Notes: generated from the letters alone by a model not told the origin. Counted from the first letter of the stretch, positions 1 through 9,927 are shown. The stretch: DNA of 64,000 nucleotides from Nitrospiraceae bacterium (GCA_050246315.1 JBFWWG010000005.1:160001-224000), one strand, 5' to 3'. Translations and numbers: made by a program.

Positions 1-1
1 G

Positions 2-265
2 CGGGATAGTCAGGGGCGCTCCCTGTTGTGCCGGTACGTGCAGGAGAAACGATCGAGCGAGCCTCAGCTCTGGGACAGTTTCCGCGCCTGCGTGCAAGGA
101 CTCTGCCGGTTCAGGCAGACGCATCTGGACTATGCCGATCGGTACATTCAACGGCAGAGTCAGCGGACATCGAGCAACCCCACCGCAGTTGGCACCGGTG
201 GGACTCCTTTCATGGCCTACCTCAAGAAGCATCTGGACGAAACCACCGCGCTTATTGCAGAGTAA
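2..265 (+). CDS. Indoleamine 2,3-dioxygenase family protein, C-terminal fragment (5' truncated by window edge)
   Basis: Frame is open from base 2. FRQTH (proximal heme His context) followed by GTGGTPFMAYLK matches the conserved IDO C-terminus. Confidence 0.75.
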   Translation, partial: RDSQGRSLLCRYVQEKRSSEPQLWDSFRACVQGLCRFRQTHLDYADRYIQRQSQRTSSNPTAVGTGGTPFMAYLKKHLDETTALIAE

Positions 266-345
266 CATCCCGCATCATTTCCTTGTCCTTATCGTGAGCC
301 TCGCGCATTGATCGAAGCGGAGGCGCGGGAGAGAGGTCCGTCTAC

Positions 346-1641
346 ATGGGTGAGTCGATCGTGGTGGAGATCGAGAAGTTGGTGCAGAGAGGTTACGGAC
401 TCGCCCGTTTCGAAGGGCGTACGCTCTTTGTCCGCAGGGCGGTCCCGGAAGAACAGGTCGTCATTCGACTTGGCTCCGCGCAAGGGCAGTATCAAGTGGC
501 CGAGGTCCAGCGGATCGTGAGGGCTTCGCTGGATCGCGTGACGCCTCCTTGCGACATCTACGGCCGTTGCGGGGGTTGCCAATTCCAGCACCTGGGCTAT
601 GGGAGCGAGGTGCACTGGAAACGTGAAATCTTGCTGGAGACGCTCAAACGGGTGGGTAAGATTGACGAATTCCCGATACCGAAGGTCATGCCGTCCCCGT
701 TGGAGTACGGCAGTCGCGGAGCTGTGCGGTTCGGGTTGTTGCGCCGGGGTGAGGGCTTTGCGCTCGGGTTTCATCAGGAAGGGTCGGCCCGGCTGGTTGC
801 GGTTACGGACTGCCTCCTCCTTGCAACCGTCCTGCGGGAGCAAGTGCGTGTGCTCCAAACGCGACTGGGCACCATGCCCTCGCTGGGATGTCTGGTACGT
901 TCGATCGAATTGCGAGCCTCCTCGACCTTCGATCAGACCTTGATGATCGTCAGGACCGATGCCTCCCATAAACGGGCTGTCGCCCGGCTGTTGGAATTGG
1001 CTCAGGGGCTGCCGAGTTTGGTGGGATTGGTGATCTTCGGAGAGCGAAACGGACGGGAGGAGCGGTGGATCGAGGGACAGGACTGGATCTCGGAACGATC
1101 CGACGATCTCCTATTTCGGATCGGCGATCGTTCGTTTATGCAGGCAAATTGGGCCGTCACCCAATCCTTGGTGCAGGCGGTCATCGATTGGGTGGAGCCG
1201 ACAGTCGGGCTTCGGGTACTGGAGCTGTATGCGGGCATTGGTGTGCTGGGATTGCCGCTTGCCAGACGAGGTTCGTTGGTCACGCTGGTGGAGAGCAATC
1301 CTTGGGCTTTAGCCGATGCCAGGAGGGCGGCCAAAGGCAATCATATCGGCCGGTGTCGGTTTCGAGTGGCGGCGGTCGAGCAATTCCTGACTACGGAACC
1401 CTCGATGGAGTACGACGTGGTTCTGCTAGATCCGCCCCGCACCGGCTTGAGTCGGGACTGTGTGCAGGGGTTACTTCAGGCCAACGTTGCTCGGGTGCTC
1501 TATGTATCCTGCGATCCGCCGACCCTCGCGCGGGACCTGCGCCGGTTGATCGATGGAGGATACCGCGTTGACCGTCTCCAAGCCTTTGACATGTTCCCGC
1601 GTACGGCCCATCTGGAAACATTGACCGAATTGCACCGCTGA
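346..1641 (+). CDS. rlmD: 23S rRNA (uracil-C5)-methyltransferase RlmD/RumA
   Basis: N-terminal TRAM domain, CxxxxxCGGC Fe-S motif, [37 protein letters not shown]. Confidence 0.92.
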   Translation: MGESIVVEIEKLVQRGYGLARFEGRTLFVRRAVPEEQVVIRLGSAQGQYQVAEVQRIVRASLDRVTPPCDIYGRCGGCQFQHLGYGSEVHWKREILLETLKRVGKIDEFPIPKVMPSPLEYGSRGAVRFGLLRRGEGFALGFHQEGSARLVAVTDCLLLATVLREQVRVLQTRLGTMPSLGCLVRSIELRASSTFDQTLMIVRTDASHKRAVARLLELAQGLPSLVGLVIFGERNGREERWIEGQDWISERSDDLLFRIGDRSFMQANWAVTQSLVQAVIDWVEPTVGLRVLELYAGIGVLGLPLARRGSLVTLVESNPWALADARRAAKGNHIGRCRFRVAAVEQFLTTEPSMEYDVVLLDPPRTGLSRDCVQGLLQANVARVLYVSCDPPTLARDLRRLIDGGYRVDRLQAFDMFPRTAHLETLTELHR

Positions 1642-1712
1642 TCAGGACGATCGACGCGGAACCCTGGTTCTGCGTTGACCTCTTCGGCCTGGACGGCTAC
1701 ACTGCGCCTCCC

Positions 1713-2750
1713 ATGGCGACGTACCGGCAAGCGGGTGTCGATATCGAGGCGGGCAACGAGTTTGTCCGCCGCATCACGCCTCTCGTCCGCTCGACCTTCC
1801 GGCCGGAAGTCCTGACCGACCTCGGTGGATTCGGAGGGCTGTTCCAATTCGATCCGTCTCGGTATCGGCAGCCAGTGCTGGTATCCGGCACGGACGGCGT
1901 GGGGACCAAACTCAAGATCGCCTTCCTGATGGACAAGCACGACACCGTGGGGATCGATCTTGTGGCAATGTCCGTGAACGATATTGCCGTAAGCGGAGCA
2001 GAGCCGCTGTTCTTTCTCGACTACTTTGCCACGGGTAAATTGGCGATCGGCGTCGCCGAGACGGTGGTGCGCGGGATTGCCGAGGGCTGCCGGCAAACCG
2101 GTTGTGCGTTGATCGGGGGAGAGACGGCGGAGATGCCCTCGTTCTATCCGGATGGCGAGTACGACCTTGCCGGGTTTGCCGTGGGGGTGGTGGACCGACC
2201 GAAGATCATCGATGGTCACGACATCACGCCGGGAGATGTGTTGATCGGCCTGGCGTCAACTGGTCTCCACAGCAACGGCTTTTCGCTCGCGCGCCGGGTC
2301 TTACTCGAGGAGGCTGGCCTGACTGTTTCAAGCCGGGTAGAGGATCTCACTCACTCGATCGGCGAAACGTTGCTCGCTCCGACACGGATCTACGTGCGGA
2401 CAATTGCCAAACTCATCGCAGCCCATCGCATCAAGGGCATCGCCCACATCACGGGGGGAGGAATCACGGAAAATCTCCCCCGAGTGTTTCCACAGGGCGT
2501 CCTGGGTCGTGTTCGGCGGTCCAGTTGGACCGTTCCGCCTATTTTTCGCGTGATTCAACGGCTTGGATCTGTTGAGGACGACGAGATGTACCGGGTCTTC
2601 AACATGGGTATCGGCCTGATTCTCGCGGTTCCGGCAGAGGAGGCTGACGGGGTGGTCCTCACTGCCAAGCAGGCGGGAGAAACCGCTTGGCTCATCGGTG
2701 AGGTGACGAGGGGAAGTGCATCCGAGCGGCGAGTAGACTATGTCGGTTAA
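1713..2750 (+). CDS. purM: Phosphoribosylformylglycinamidine cyclo-ligase (AIR synthetase)
   Basis: [44 protein letters not shown]. Confidence 0.98.
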   Translation: MATYRQAGVDIEAGNEFVRRITPLVRSTFRPEVLTDLGGFGGLFQFDPSRYRQPVLVSGTDGVGTKLKIAFLMDKHDTVGIDLVAMSVNDIAVSGAEPLFFLDYFATGKLAIGVAETVVRGIAEGCRQTGCALIGGETAEMPSFYPDGEYDLAGFAVGVVDRPKIIDGHDITPGDVLIGLASTGLHSNGFSLARRVLLEEAGLTVSSRVEDLTHSIGETLLAPTRIYVRTIAKLIAAHRIKGIAHITGGGITENLPRVFPQGVLGRVRRSSWTVPPIFRVIQRLGSVEDDEMYRVFNMGIGLILAVPAEEADGVVLTAKQAGETAWLIGEVTRGSASERRVDYVG

Positions 2751-3420
2751 CGGGAAAAGCCAGCGGGTCCGCATCGGCGTGCTCGCGTCAGGGCGGGGAT
2801 CGAACCTCCAGGCGATTATCGATGCGGTCGAGGCCGGCACGGTACAGGCCCAAATCGTCGTGGTGATCAGCAACAAGCGGGACGCGGCGGCGCTCGAACG
2901 GGCGCGACGGCATGGCGTTCACGATGTGTTCGTCGATCCCAAACCCTTTGCCGGACAACCGGACAGCCGCGAAGCCTATGATCGAGCGGTGCTTGATGTG
3001 TTGCATAAGTACGAGGTCGAACTGGTGCTGTTGGCCGGTTATATGAAAATCGTGACGTCGGTGTTGATCCAGGCTTTTGAGAACCGCATCATGAACATCC
3101 ATCCGTCCCTGTTGCCTGCCTTTCCGGGATTAGATGTGCAGAAGAAGGCGTTGGAATGGGGCGTCAAGGTCGCCGGTTGCACCGTGCACTTTGTCACGCC
3201 GGGAGTCGATGAGGGGCCGATCATCATTCAAGCCGCGATTCCGGTCTTGGACCAGGATTCGCCGGAGACTTTGGCCGCCAGGATTCTGGCAGAGGAGCAT
3301 CGAATCTATCCCAAGGCCGTGCAGCTCTACGCAGAAGGCCGATTGCAGGTCGAGGGACGGCGGGTTCGAGTGGCGGGGCTGCCGGAGGCGACCACAAAAG
3401 CATTGCTGAATCCTTCCTGA
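2740..3420 (+). CDS. purN: Phosphoribosylglycinamide formyltransferase
   Basis: [41 protein letters not shown]; overlaps purM. Confidence 0.98.
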   Translation: MSVNGKSQRVRIGVLASGRGSNLQAIIDAVEAGTVQAQIVVVISNKRDAAALERARRHGVHDVFVDPKPFAGQPDSREAYDRAVLDVLHKYEVELVLLAGYMKIVTSVLIQAFENRIMNIHPSLLPAFPGLDVQKKALEWGVKVAGCTVHFVTPGVDEGPIIIQAAIPVLDQDSPETLAARILAEEHRIYPKAVQLYAEGRLQVEGRRVRVAGLPEATTKALLNPS

Positions 3421-3663
3421 TCCTGACGGCTTTCCTGCATCCGAAACAGGAAACCAAAACAGGAATGGTGCTGTCAGGAAGGCCGACAGAGAGGTGGAGG
3501 TTTCGGGTAGCGGCTTGCCTGGTCGCTCGTGTATAATCCGACCACGAAATTCGCACCGAGTGCCGATCTTCCTCCCCGTCTCCTCCGCAGCTTGGGTTGC
3601 CGCGGCAATTCAGCCTCGGCCGTGCCTGCGGTCAAGAAGGACGGCACTCGGTCATCCCAAGGT

Positions 3664-3739
3664 GGGGGGCTAGCTCAGCTGGGAGAGCACTACGTTCGCA
3701 ACGTAGGGGTCGCGGGTTCGACTCCCGTGCCCTCCACCA
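3664..3739 (+). tRNA. tRNA-Ala (anticodon CGC)
   Basis: Full cloverleaf GGGGGGC...GCCCTCC-A-CCA; anticodon arm CTACG-TT-CGC-AA-CGTAG; T loop TTCGACT. Confidence 0.97.
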
Positions 3740-3900
3740 TACCTTGCTTGCCTAGTACCGCGGGCTCATCAGGCGCAGCCTTCTTCCTTGCGCCCGCAGA
3801 TAGACATCTCCAGTGAATTCGTTTTCTTGGTTTAACCTGCCAACCTTCGGTTGATGCGGCGGCTCTTCAGATGAGGCCTCTTATCCTTACCGCCGGAGGG
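3737..3900 (-). repeat. tRNA-Ala-linked array of structured repeat units (2 clear units, ~98 bp period; weaker relics to ~4330)
   Basis: Minus strand CTGCGGGC..GAAGGCTGCGCCTGATGA..GCCCGCGG..GGTATGG abuts the tRNA CCA. The second unit contains CAACCGAAGGTTG (3841-3853). Confidence 0.85.
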
Positions 3901-4574
3901 ACAGCTTCAGTCCAGCCCATCCTATTCCAATCCGCATTTCGTGAGATCCGGCGTCGATTCAACGGTATATCGCTGTTGACCTCGGCCGATCGACACCGAT
4001 AGGGTCCGTCTTAGAGGCCTGATTGCCTTTACCCTTCCACGAGTGTGGACACCTCGATGATCTCGGAATCGGCGCTAAGATCTTGCGGTTGCTGGCCGAG
4101 TCATTCGTCACGATCCTACAGGTATCCGGCCATGCCAAGAACGCGGCAAGCGGTTGGTGCATCTAATCCAGCGAGAGGTCCCCGTCTGGAAGGACGGGGT
4201 GAGGGCATGGTTCAGCGCTTTGCGCTGGACAAGTGCAGCTTGCATTGGAAGGAGACTTCGCCGGTCAGGGCGGGGTCTTCATGGCGAAACTCGCCAGTCC
4301 GCTTGTTTCATCGTCGGCGAGGGAAGACCTGACCTTATTTTGGCATCCCTGATCTGAGCGAGTGATGATAACCGCGTTGACTAATCGGTTGTCTGTGACC
4401 GCCGAGGAATGAACGGAAAAGAGCGAATTCGCACCGTCAGAACCGTGCGAAATCACACATTGAGGGAATTCTTCAAGGCGTGCACGGTATGTGCCTGGCC
4501 AGGCGGCGACCTGGCGCGACAGTTGCTCAATCATGCTGGGGTACCTGGTTCTGAGCCCTGCCAGTGTCTAAACA

Positions 4575-5177
4575 ATGAGAGAATTTTTGCAACCACTGGG
4601 TCTTCTCCTCATGGCAGGATGTGCTACGGCAATGCCGGCGTTGCCGGACTTGCCGAGGCATGTGGAGCGTGTCCCTCCAGGGACTGCAGTTGTCGTTGGC
4701 CATGTCATCACGGTTCTGCTCGGCCCTACAACCCGGATCTATAATCCGACATTGCATTTTTTTGAATTGATGAACAGCAACACACATGACCGGATTCGGG
4801 TCGACCTGAGCAGCGATGATGCTTGGTTTGTGCTCCCACTACCGGTGGGAAGCTACGAGGTCACCCTGCTCCAAATTGCGGAAGGCGCATTTTTGGCGAA
4901 TGCCGGCCTTAACTCGCGGTTTCATGTGGAAGAAGGCCTCACATTCGTCGGAACGTGGCGCCTGGGAATTGAATCTCCTCAATATGATCGGGAGGTTATC
5001 ATCTCAGTCGTGACAGACAATGAAGTTCACATCCGTGAGAAACTTGCTCCGTATTATTCGGTGATCGATCAATCTCTTGCCTTCAATCTGCTCAGTCCAG
5101 CAACCTCCGAGACCAGACTGTATGAGGTTCCACCGTATCCTCGATACTGGTGGTTTAAGCGCCATCATACCTCGTAG
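4575..5177 (+). CDS. Hypothetical lipoprotein
   Basis: 200 aa ORF; signal peptide with lipobox MAGC. Confidence 0.75.
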   Translation: MREFLQPLGLLLMAGCATAMPALPDLPRHVERVPPGTAVVVGHVITVLLGPTTRIYNPTLHFFELMNSNTHDRIRVDLSSDDAWFVLPLPVGSYEVTLLQIAEGAFLANAGLNSRFHVEEGLTFVGTWRLGIESPQYDREVIISVVTDNEVHIREKLAPYYSVIDQSLAFNLLSPATSETRLYEVPPYPRYWWFKRHHTS

Positions 5178-5261
5178 CTCGACACGATCTGTATCCTGTC
5201 ATTGAGGTCGAATGGGCGGTCACCCAAATTCGCCCTCGGGGTATGGATATTGCTTTATCCT

Positions 5262-5292
5262 AATACTAGAACTCGTTCTCAATTTCAATTTG
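5262..5292. promoter_or_regulatory. AT-rich Fur-box-like operator (tentative)
   Basis: AGAAC-TC-GTTCT dyad and GAAATT-GAGAAC-GAGTTC hexamers (minus strand) directly upstream of the porin/ApbE operon; imperfect match to the Fur consensus. Confidence 0.3.
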
Positions 5293-5301
5293 AGCCGCAG
5301 C

Positions 5302-5484
5302 ATGAACAAGAGGCCGTGTCACGAAATGTGCTGCCTTTGCGGGCGTCTTGTTGCGAGGTGGGAGAAGAGCGGCATTGAGTTGAAGTGTAAGCGCTGTAAA
5401 CGAATCGTGGTGGTTCGAGTCGAGGGTACCCAGTCAGCGAGATTACCCCGCACAGATCCCGCAGGAGATTCAGAAGTCATGTAA
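5302..5484 (+). CDS. Small zinc-ribbon protein (Mu Com-like)
   Basis: CCLCGRLVA...IELKCKRCKR pattern resembles the Com-family zinc ribbon; 60 aa. Confidence 0.55.
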   Translation: MNKRPCHEMCCLCGRLVARWEKSGIELKCKRCKRIVVVRVEGTQSARLPRTDPAGDSEVM

Positions 5485-5554
5485 TCGAGAAGAAGCGGTC
5501 TCAACTCTAGAGGACCATTGCGTCCCAGCAGATTTCCTATGAAAGGAGGAATCG

Positions 5555-7012
5555 ATGGGACGCGTATGGGTTGTTGTGATGTTGTTGTGTTTCGGTATGC
5601 TGAGCGGCCAAATTGTAGCTGCGGAGGATGTCGACGAGCGGTTGAAGAAGTTGGAGGAAGCCGTTGAACAGATGAAGCAGCGAGAATCACGCGAACGAGA
5701 GGTAGAGGGACAGCCCCCGGCGACGCATCCGGGTGAGACGCCGAACCTCCAACAGATGTCGGCTGAGGGGCAGGGCGCTGAGCGCAAATATGGGTCAATT
5801 ATGCAGGGGTCGGGAAAATTGATTTACGCCAAACCCTTCGTGACAAGTCCAAAGGCCATCGTGGGCGGGTATATGGACGTTGAGTACATCAATCGCGCTC
5901 ATCAGGGAACGCCCAGCACTATCGATGTGCATCGGTTTGTCCCGTTCATTTACGCTGACGTGAGCGAGCACGTCAAGATGGCCGCTGAGATCGAAATTGA
6001 ACATGGCATTTTGGAGAGCTCCTCGGTGCCGCACAGTGAAGTCAGCCTGGAGTTCGCCACGCTTGATTTCTTGATGAATGAAAAAATCAACCTCAGAGCC
6101 GGTATCATTCTGTTGCCGGTCGGCAAATTCAATCTGATCCATGACGCGCCATTGCGCGATCTCACGGAGCGGCCGCTGGTCACCCAGTTGCTGTATGGGT
6201 CGGTCTTGGCAGAGACCGGAGCCGGGTTCTACGGCACCTTCTATCCCTCTGCGCGGTCGAAGCTCGACTACGAGTTGTATGTCACGACCGGGTACAACGG
6301 CTATGGTAATTGTCAAGCAGGAAGCGCACAGGCCAATAGCCTTAACTGTGTCGCTCAAATCACGGAGCTGTCAGGTGTGGCCAATGCACGTCAACGGAAG
6401 TCCGACATCAGCAACGGGTTCGATAACAACAACGGCAAGGCGGTCGTCGGCAGGGCGGCCTTCAGTCCATTCCTGGGTGCCGAAGTGGGTCTCTCAGGCC
6501 ATTACGGCACGTATGACCCATTTGGGCAACGTCATTTGGGCATCTGGGCCGTGGACTGGACACTTGTCCGTGGTCCGCTGGAAATCATCGGAGAATCCAT
6601 CTGGACCTACGCACAGGACAATGCGTTGAACCTAAACGGCACTGCATGTACGAACGCCACCTCCATCGGTGGTATGGCGCCGGGGCACTTCTGTCCCCAG
6701 CGGATGCAAGGGTATTACATCCAGAGCAACTATCATTTTCTGCCACAGTGGATGACCAGGCTCGCGCCTTCCTTTTTCCGGCCGGAGATCTCGACGCTGA
6801 CAGCCATGGTGCGATGGGAGCAAGTAAATACGAATAAGGATATGGGAGGTGGGCTCGGAGATCTTCAGCGACTCACGTTGGGACTCAATTACCGACCAAC
6901 GGAAGATACTGTTTTCAAATTTGATTATCAGTATAGTCCGGAGGCGGTGAACCGGAACTTGCAGCGGATTCATGACACAGCCGTGCTGCTGTCAGTCGCC
7001 ACGTACTTCTAA
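5555..7012 (+). CDS. Outer-membrane beta-barrel porin (OprO/P-like) with N-terminal coiled coil
   Basis: Strong RBS AGGAGG, signal peptide, short coiled coil, alternating amphipathic strands, C-terminal ...SVATYF (Bam-type signal). Confidence 0.8.
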   Translation: MGRVWVVVMLLCFGMLSGQIVAAEDVDERLKKLEEAVEQMKQRESREREVEGQPPATHPGETPNLQQMSAEGQGAERKYGSIMQGSGKLIYAKPFVTSPKAIVGGYMDVEYINRAHQGTPSTIDVHRFVPFIYADVSEHVKMAAEIEIEHGILESSSVPHSEVSLEFATLDFLMNEKINLRAGIILLPVGKFNLIHDAPLRDLTERPLVTQLLYGSVLAETGAGFYGTFYPSARSKLDYELYVTTGYNGYGNCQAGSAQANSLNCVAQITELSGVANARQRKSDISNGFDNNNGKAVVGRAAFSPFLGAEVGLSGHYGTYDPFGQRHLGIWAVDWTLVRGPLEIIGESIWTYAQDNALNLNGTACTNATSIGGMAPGHFCPQRMQGYYIQSNYHFLPQWMTRLAPSFFRPEISTLTAMVRWEQVNTNKDMGGGLGDLQRLTLGLNYRPTEDTVFKFDYQYSPEAVNRNLQRIHDTAVLLSVATYF

Positions 7013-7074
7013 GCGGGAGTCGAGATTGACCGACCGTCCAGGCCCATCATGTCACGGATGAAGAAAGGCGCTAT

Positions 7075-7539
7075 ATGAGAAGTCGTCTCATCGTGGTGAT
7101 CGGTCTCAGCGCGCTGTTCGCAGGGTGTGCGCTGTTTCCGAAGGATCATTACGACCATTACCTGGTGTGTCCCTATGACACCGTGTGGACCGCCGCCACT
7201 TACACCATGAATATTTTCCCGCCCAAGAAGCAGGATAAAGATGCTGGCGTGATTGAAACGGGCTGGACTGAGATGGGAGGCGACATGCGCGCAGGATACG
7301 GAATCTTTCGGCGCACAACCACGGGATTTGGCAATAAAGAACGTGCGCGAATGATCTTGACCGTGAAGAGGGTCGATGAGGTGACGAAGGTGGAGTTGAT
7401 TGAAAATAGGGAGCGGTGGCATCTCAAGGGTGGTGTGACGAGTCAGGCGACTCGGTGGTGGCCGATCGAGCCGTCTGAGGAGGCGCTGGCGGCGGTCATG
7501 ACCCGCCTGAACACCAAGCTAAAGGATCAAGGATGTTGA
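7075..7539 (+). CDS. Hypothetical lipoprotein (BamC-like helix-grip type, tentative)
   Basis: Lipobox FAGC; DKDAGVIETGW motif. Confidence 0.7.
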   Translation: MRSRLIVVIGLSALFAGCALFPKDHYDHYLVCPYDTVWTAATYTMNIFPPKKQDKDAGVIETGWTEMGGDMRAGYGIFRRTTTGFGNKERARMILTVKRVDEVTKVELIENRERWHLKGGVTSQATRWWPIEPSEEALAAVMTRLNTKLKDQGC

Positions 7540-8216
7540 CCTTCATCGCCTATCACCTTGGGACTCTCGCCGTGGTGAGCCTTCTGAGCGCCACCTCCCT
7601 CTGGGCTGAGCAAGTCTGGGACGCCGAGTTGAAACGCTATTTGACCCCTCAGGAAATGGGGCAGGAGGATGTTTACCTCACGGAAGACGAAGCGGCTCGG
7701 CTGATGTTTCCGAAATCCGATCGTATCGGTCGAGAGGTCATGCGGTTGCCTCCTGAAAAGAAACAGATCGTCGAAGAACGCATTGGGTGGCATTTCCCAG
7801 AAGAACAATTCACGGTCTTTATCGGAAGGACGGAGGATAGGATTGACGGATATGCTGTGGTTCAGAACACCATCGGCAAGCATAAGCCGATCACGTATAT
7901 GGTGGGCGTCGATCCCAACGGCGAAGTGCTGAATATCGAAGTGCTAGTGTATCGAGAATCACGTGGAAGCGAAGTGCGCACCAAACGGTTCAATGCTCAA
8001 TACGAAGGGAAAACGGTTTTCGACCCGATACGGATGAACAAAGACATTATTAGTATCAGCGGGGCCACGATGTCTGTCCGCTCCCTCAGTGCGGGGGTCA
8101 AGCGGGCGCTCGTCATTGTCGATGAGATCTATCTCAAACCACTCGGAAACGGCAGTGACAGCGCACATGTTCAAAAGCGTCAGCAGGGCTTTTGGAAAGA
8201 CCTCTTCGGGTTTTAG
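7533..8216 (+). CDS. Exported FMN-binding domain protein (flavinylation substrate)
   Basis: Signal peptide; YRESRG and ISGATMS containing the [S/T]GA[S/T] flavinylation motif. Confidence 0.88.
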   Translation: MLTFIAYHLGTLAVVSLLSATSLWAEQVWDAELKRYLTPQEMGQEDVYLTEDEAARLMFPKSDRIGREVMRLPPEKKQIVEERIGWHFPEEQFTVFIGRTEDRIDGYAVVQNTIGKHKPITYMVGVDPNGEVLNIEVLVYRESRGSEVRTKRFNAQYEGKTVFDPIRMNKDIISISGATMSVRSLSAGVKRALVIVDEIYLKPLGNGSDSAHVQKRQQGFWKDLFGF

Positions 8217-8235
8217 TTGCGTTGAGATCGCATCG

Positions 8236-8739
8236 ATGCGGAATTTTAATTCGCGTTTCCGACTCCGTGATACGGACCGACACATCCGCCTCCTCTACAC
8301 CTTCTTCCTCTTCTGCATGTTCGGCGGGTTTATGTTCAGCGTGTTTTGGGCGCACAGTATGACGGGACTCTCTCCCCAGGGCATTGCTGATCACTATCTC
8401 GGTTCCGACGCGACGTTTGGCGAGCCGATGTCGTTTCGAGAATTGGCGGAAATCACGCATTTTCACTTGTTTACCATGCCTGTTGTGTTCATGATTCTAG
8501 TTCATGTGTTGTACCTGACCAAGGCAAGCAATCGAACGAAGGTGTGGATGACGTGGGCAGGATTCGGTGGGGTTCTGCTCGATGTGATCTCACCGTGGTT
8601 GATCAGCTACGTCTCGCCGGTCTTCGTCATCACGATGCTGACAGGAGACGTGCTCATGGTTGTTAGTTTCTTGGTGATGATGGTGATTCCGATGTATGAA
8701 ATGTGGGTTCATCAAGCACCGCTGATGGGCTCCAAATGA
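8236..8739 (+). CDS. Four-TM inner-membrane protein, possibly heme b-binding
   Basis: Four hydrophobic segments; His residues in WAH, THFH and LVHV; translationally coupled to apbE (ATGA overlap). Confidence 0.75.
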   Translation: MRNFNSRFRLRDTDRHIRLLYTFFLFCMFGGFMFSVFWAHSMTGLSPQGIADHYLGSDATFGEPMSFRELAEITHFHLFTMPVVFMILVHVLYLTKASNRTKVWMTWAGFGGVLLDVISPWLISYVSPVFVITMLTGDVLMVVSFLVMMVIPMYEMWVHQAPLMGSK

Positions 8740-9884
8740 AGTATGCGTGTGGCAGGCAGGTCTGCAAACCGCTGCTGCGGGCATTGCGCTGCTTCATACT
8801 GATGGTGGCATTACATGATCAGTCGGGATGGGCGGCGGACGACTCCATACCCGTTCAGGTTGTGAGGCGCAGCCAGGTGCTTATGGGCACCATCGTGCAG
8901 GTCACAGCCATGGGTGCAAACGAGCAGGTGGCCGGGTCGGCCGCCTCGGCCGCGCTCGCTGAAATTCGACGGCTGGAAGCCTTGTGGAGCACATGGATAC
9001 CAGGAAGCGAGGTCTCCCGGATCAATGCCGCGGCTAGTCTCAAAGCTGTGACCGTGAGTCCCGAGACTCTGGCACTCCTTCAGTGGTCCCTTCATGTCGG
9101 GAGATTGACGCATGGGGCCTTCAACATCGCCATCGGACCGGCCATGGACGCATGGAACTTCTCAGGTCAGCCTCGAATCCCGGAGGTGGCGGAGCTTGCT
9201 CGAGTGAAGCTCCTCACCGATCTTTCTCAGTTGAAAGTCGATGAACAGAACCGAACGGCCTTTCTGTCTCGGTTGCACATGCGGATCGATGTAGGAGGTA
9301 TTGGAAAGGGATATGCCGCGGATCTGGCTGTGGAGGTCATGCGACAAGCTGGTGCGTCGGCAGGAGTTGTGGCGTTATCAGGGGATATCAAGACGTTCGG
9401 TGAGCTGTCCGACGGACAGCCGTTTTTGTTCGGAGTGCGCCATCCCCGTGAGGAGGGCAAATTGCTGGCTCGCGTGGAGCTTATAAATGAGGCGATCTCA
9501 ACGGCAGGGGATTACGAGCGGTTCTTCGAACAAGAGGGCAGGAGATACCATCATATCCTGGATCCACACACCCTGTGGCCAGCTCGTGGTTGTCAGAGCG
9601 TGACGGTGGTGGCATCGCAAGGTGTTGTGGCCGATGGCTTGGATACCGGAATTTTTGTGCTCGGACTGGAACGCGGCCTCGAGTTGGTAGAGCGATTGCC
9701 GGAGGTTGAAGCGATCATTGTTGATGATGAAGGCCAAGTGTGGGTTTCATCCGGCCTAAAAAACCGTGTGCACCTTGAAGCTGATCCTGGAGGGAGCGGC
9801 CGACCATCACAATCGTCGGCGGCGGATCAACGCCACCATTTGTCCGTTCGCTCCCGAACATACCAGGATTTGCCCGGTGGGTAG
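8736..9884 (+). CDS. apbE: FAD:protein FMN transferase ApbE
   Basis: MGT, SEVSRIN, DVGGIGKGYAAD, STAGDYER, HHILDP, ADGLDT. Confidence 0.95.
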   Translation: MKYACGRQVCKPLLRALRCFILMVALHDQSGWAADDSIPVQVVRRSQVLMGTIVQVTAMGANEQVAGSAASAALAEIRRLEALWSTWIPGSEVSRINAAASLKAVTVSPETLALLQWSLHVGRLTHGAFNIAIGPAMDAWNFSGQPRIPEVAELARVKLLTDLSQLKVDEQNRTAFLSRLHMRIDVGGIGKGYAADLAVEVMRQAGASAGVVALSGDIKTFGELSDGQPFLFGVRHPREEGKLLARVELINEAISTAGDYERFFEQEGRRYHHILDPHTLWPARGCQSVTVVASQGVVADGLDTGIFVLGLERGLELVERLPEVEAIIVDDEGQVWVSSGLKNRVHLEADPGGSGRPSQSSAADQRHHLSVRSRTYQDLPGG

Positions 9885-9927
9885 GTCGCCTCCACTCTGA
9901 AGCTGGAAGCAAGAGACGCGTGCCAGG

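Noticed and set aside
3740..9884. Genomic island integrated at tRNA-Ala (likewise at tRNA-Pro and tRNA-Arg)
   Set aside because: No integrase and no duplicated tRNA 3' end seen; the slightly lower GC impression is not sufficient.
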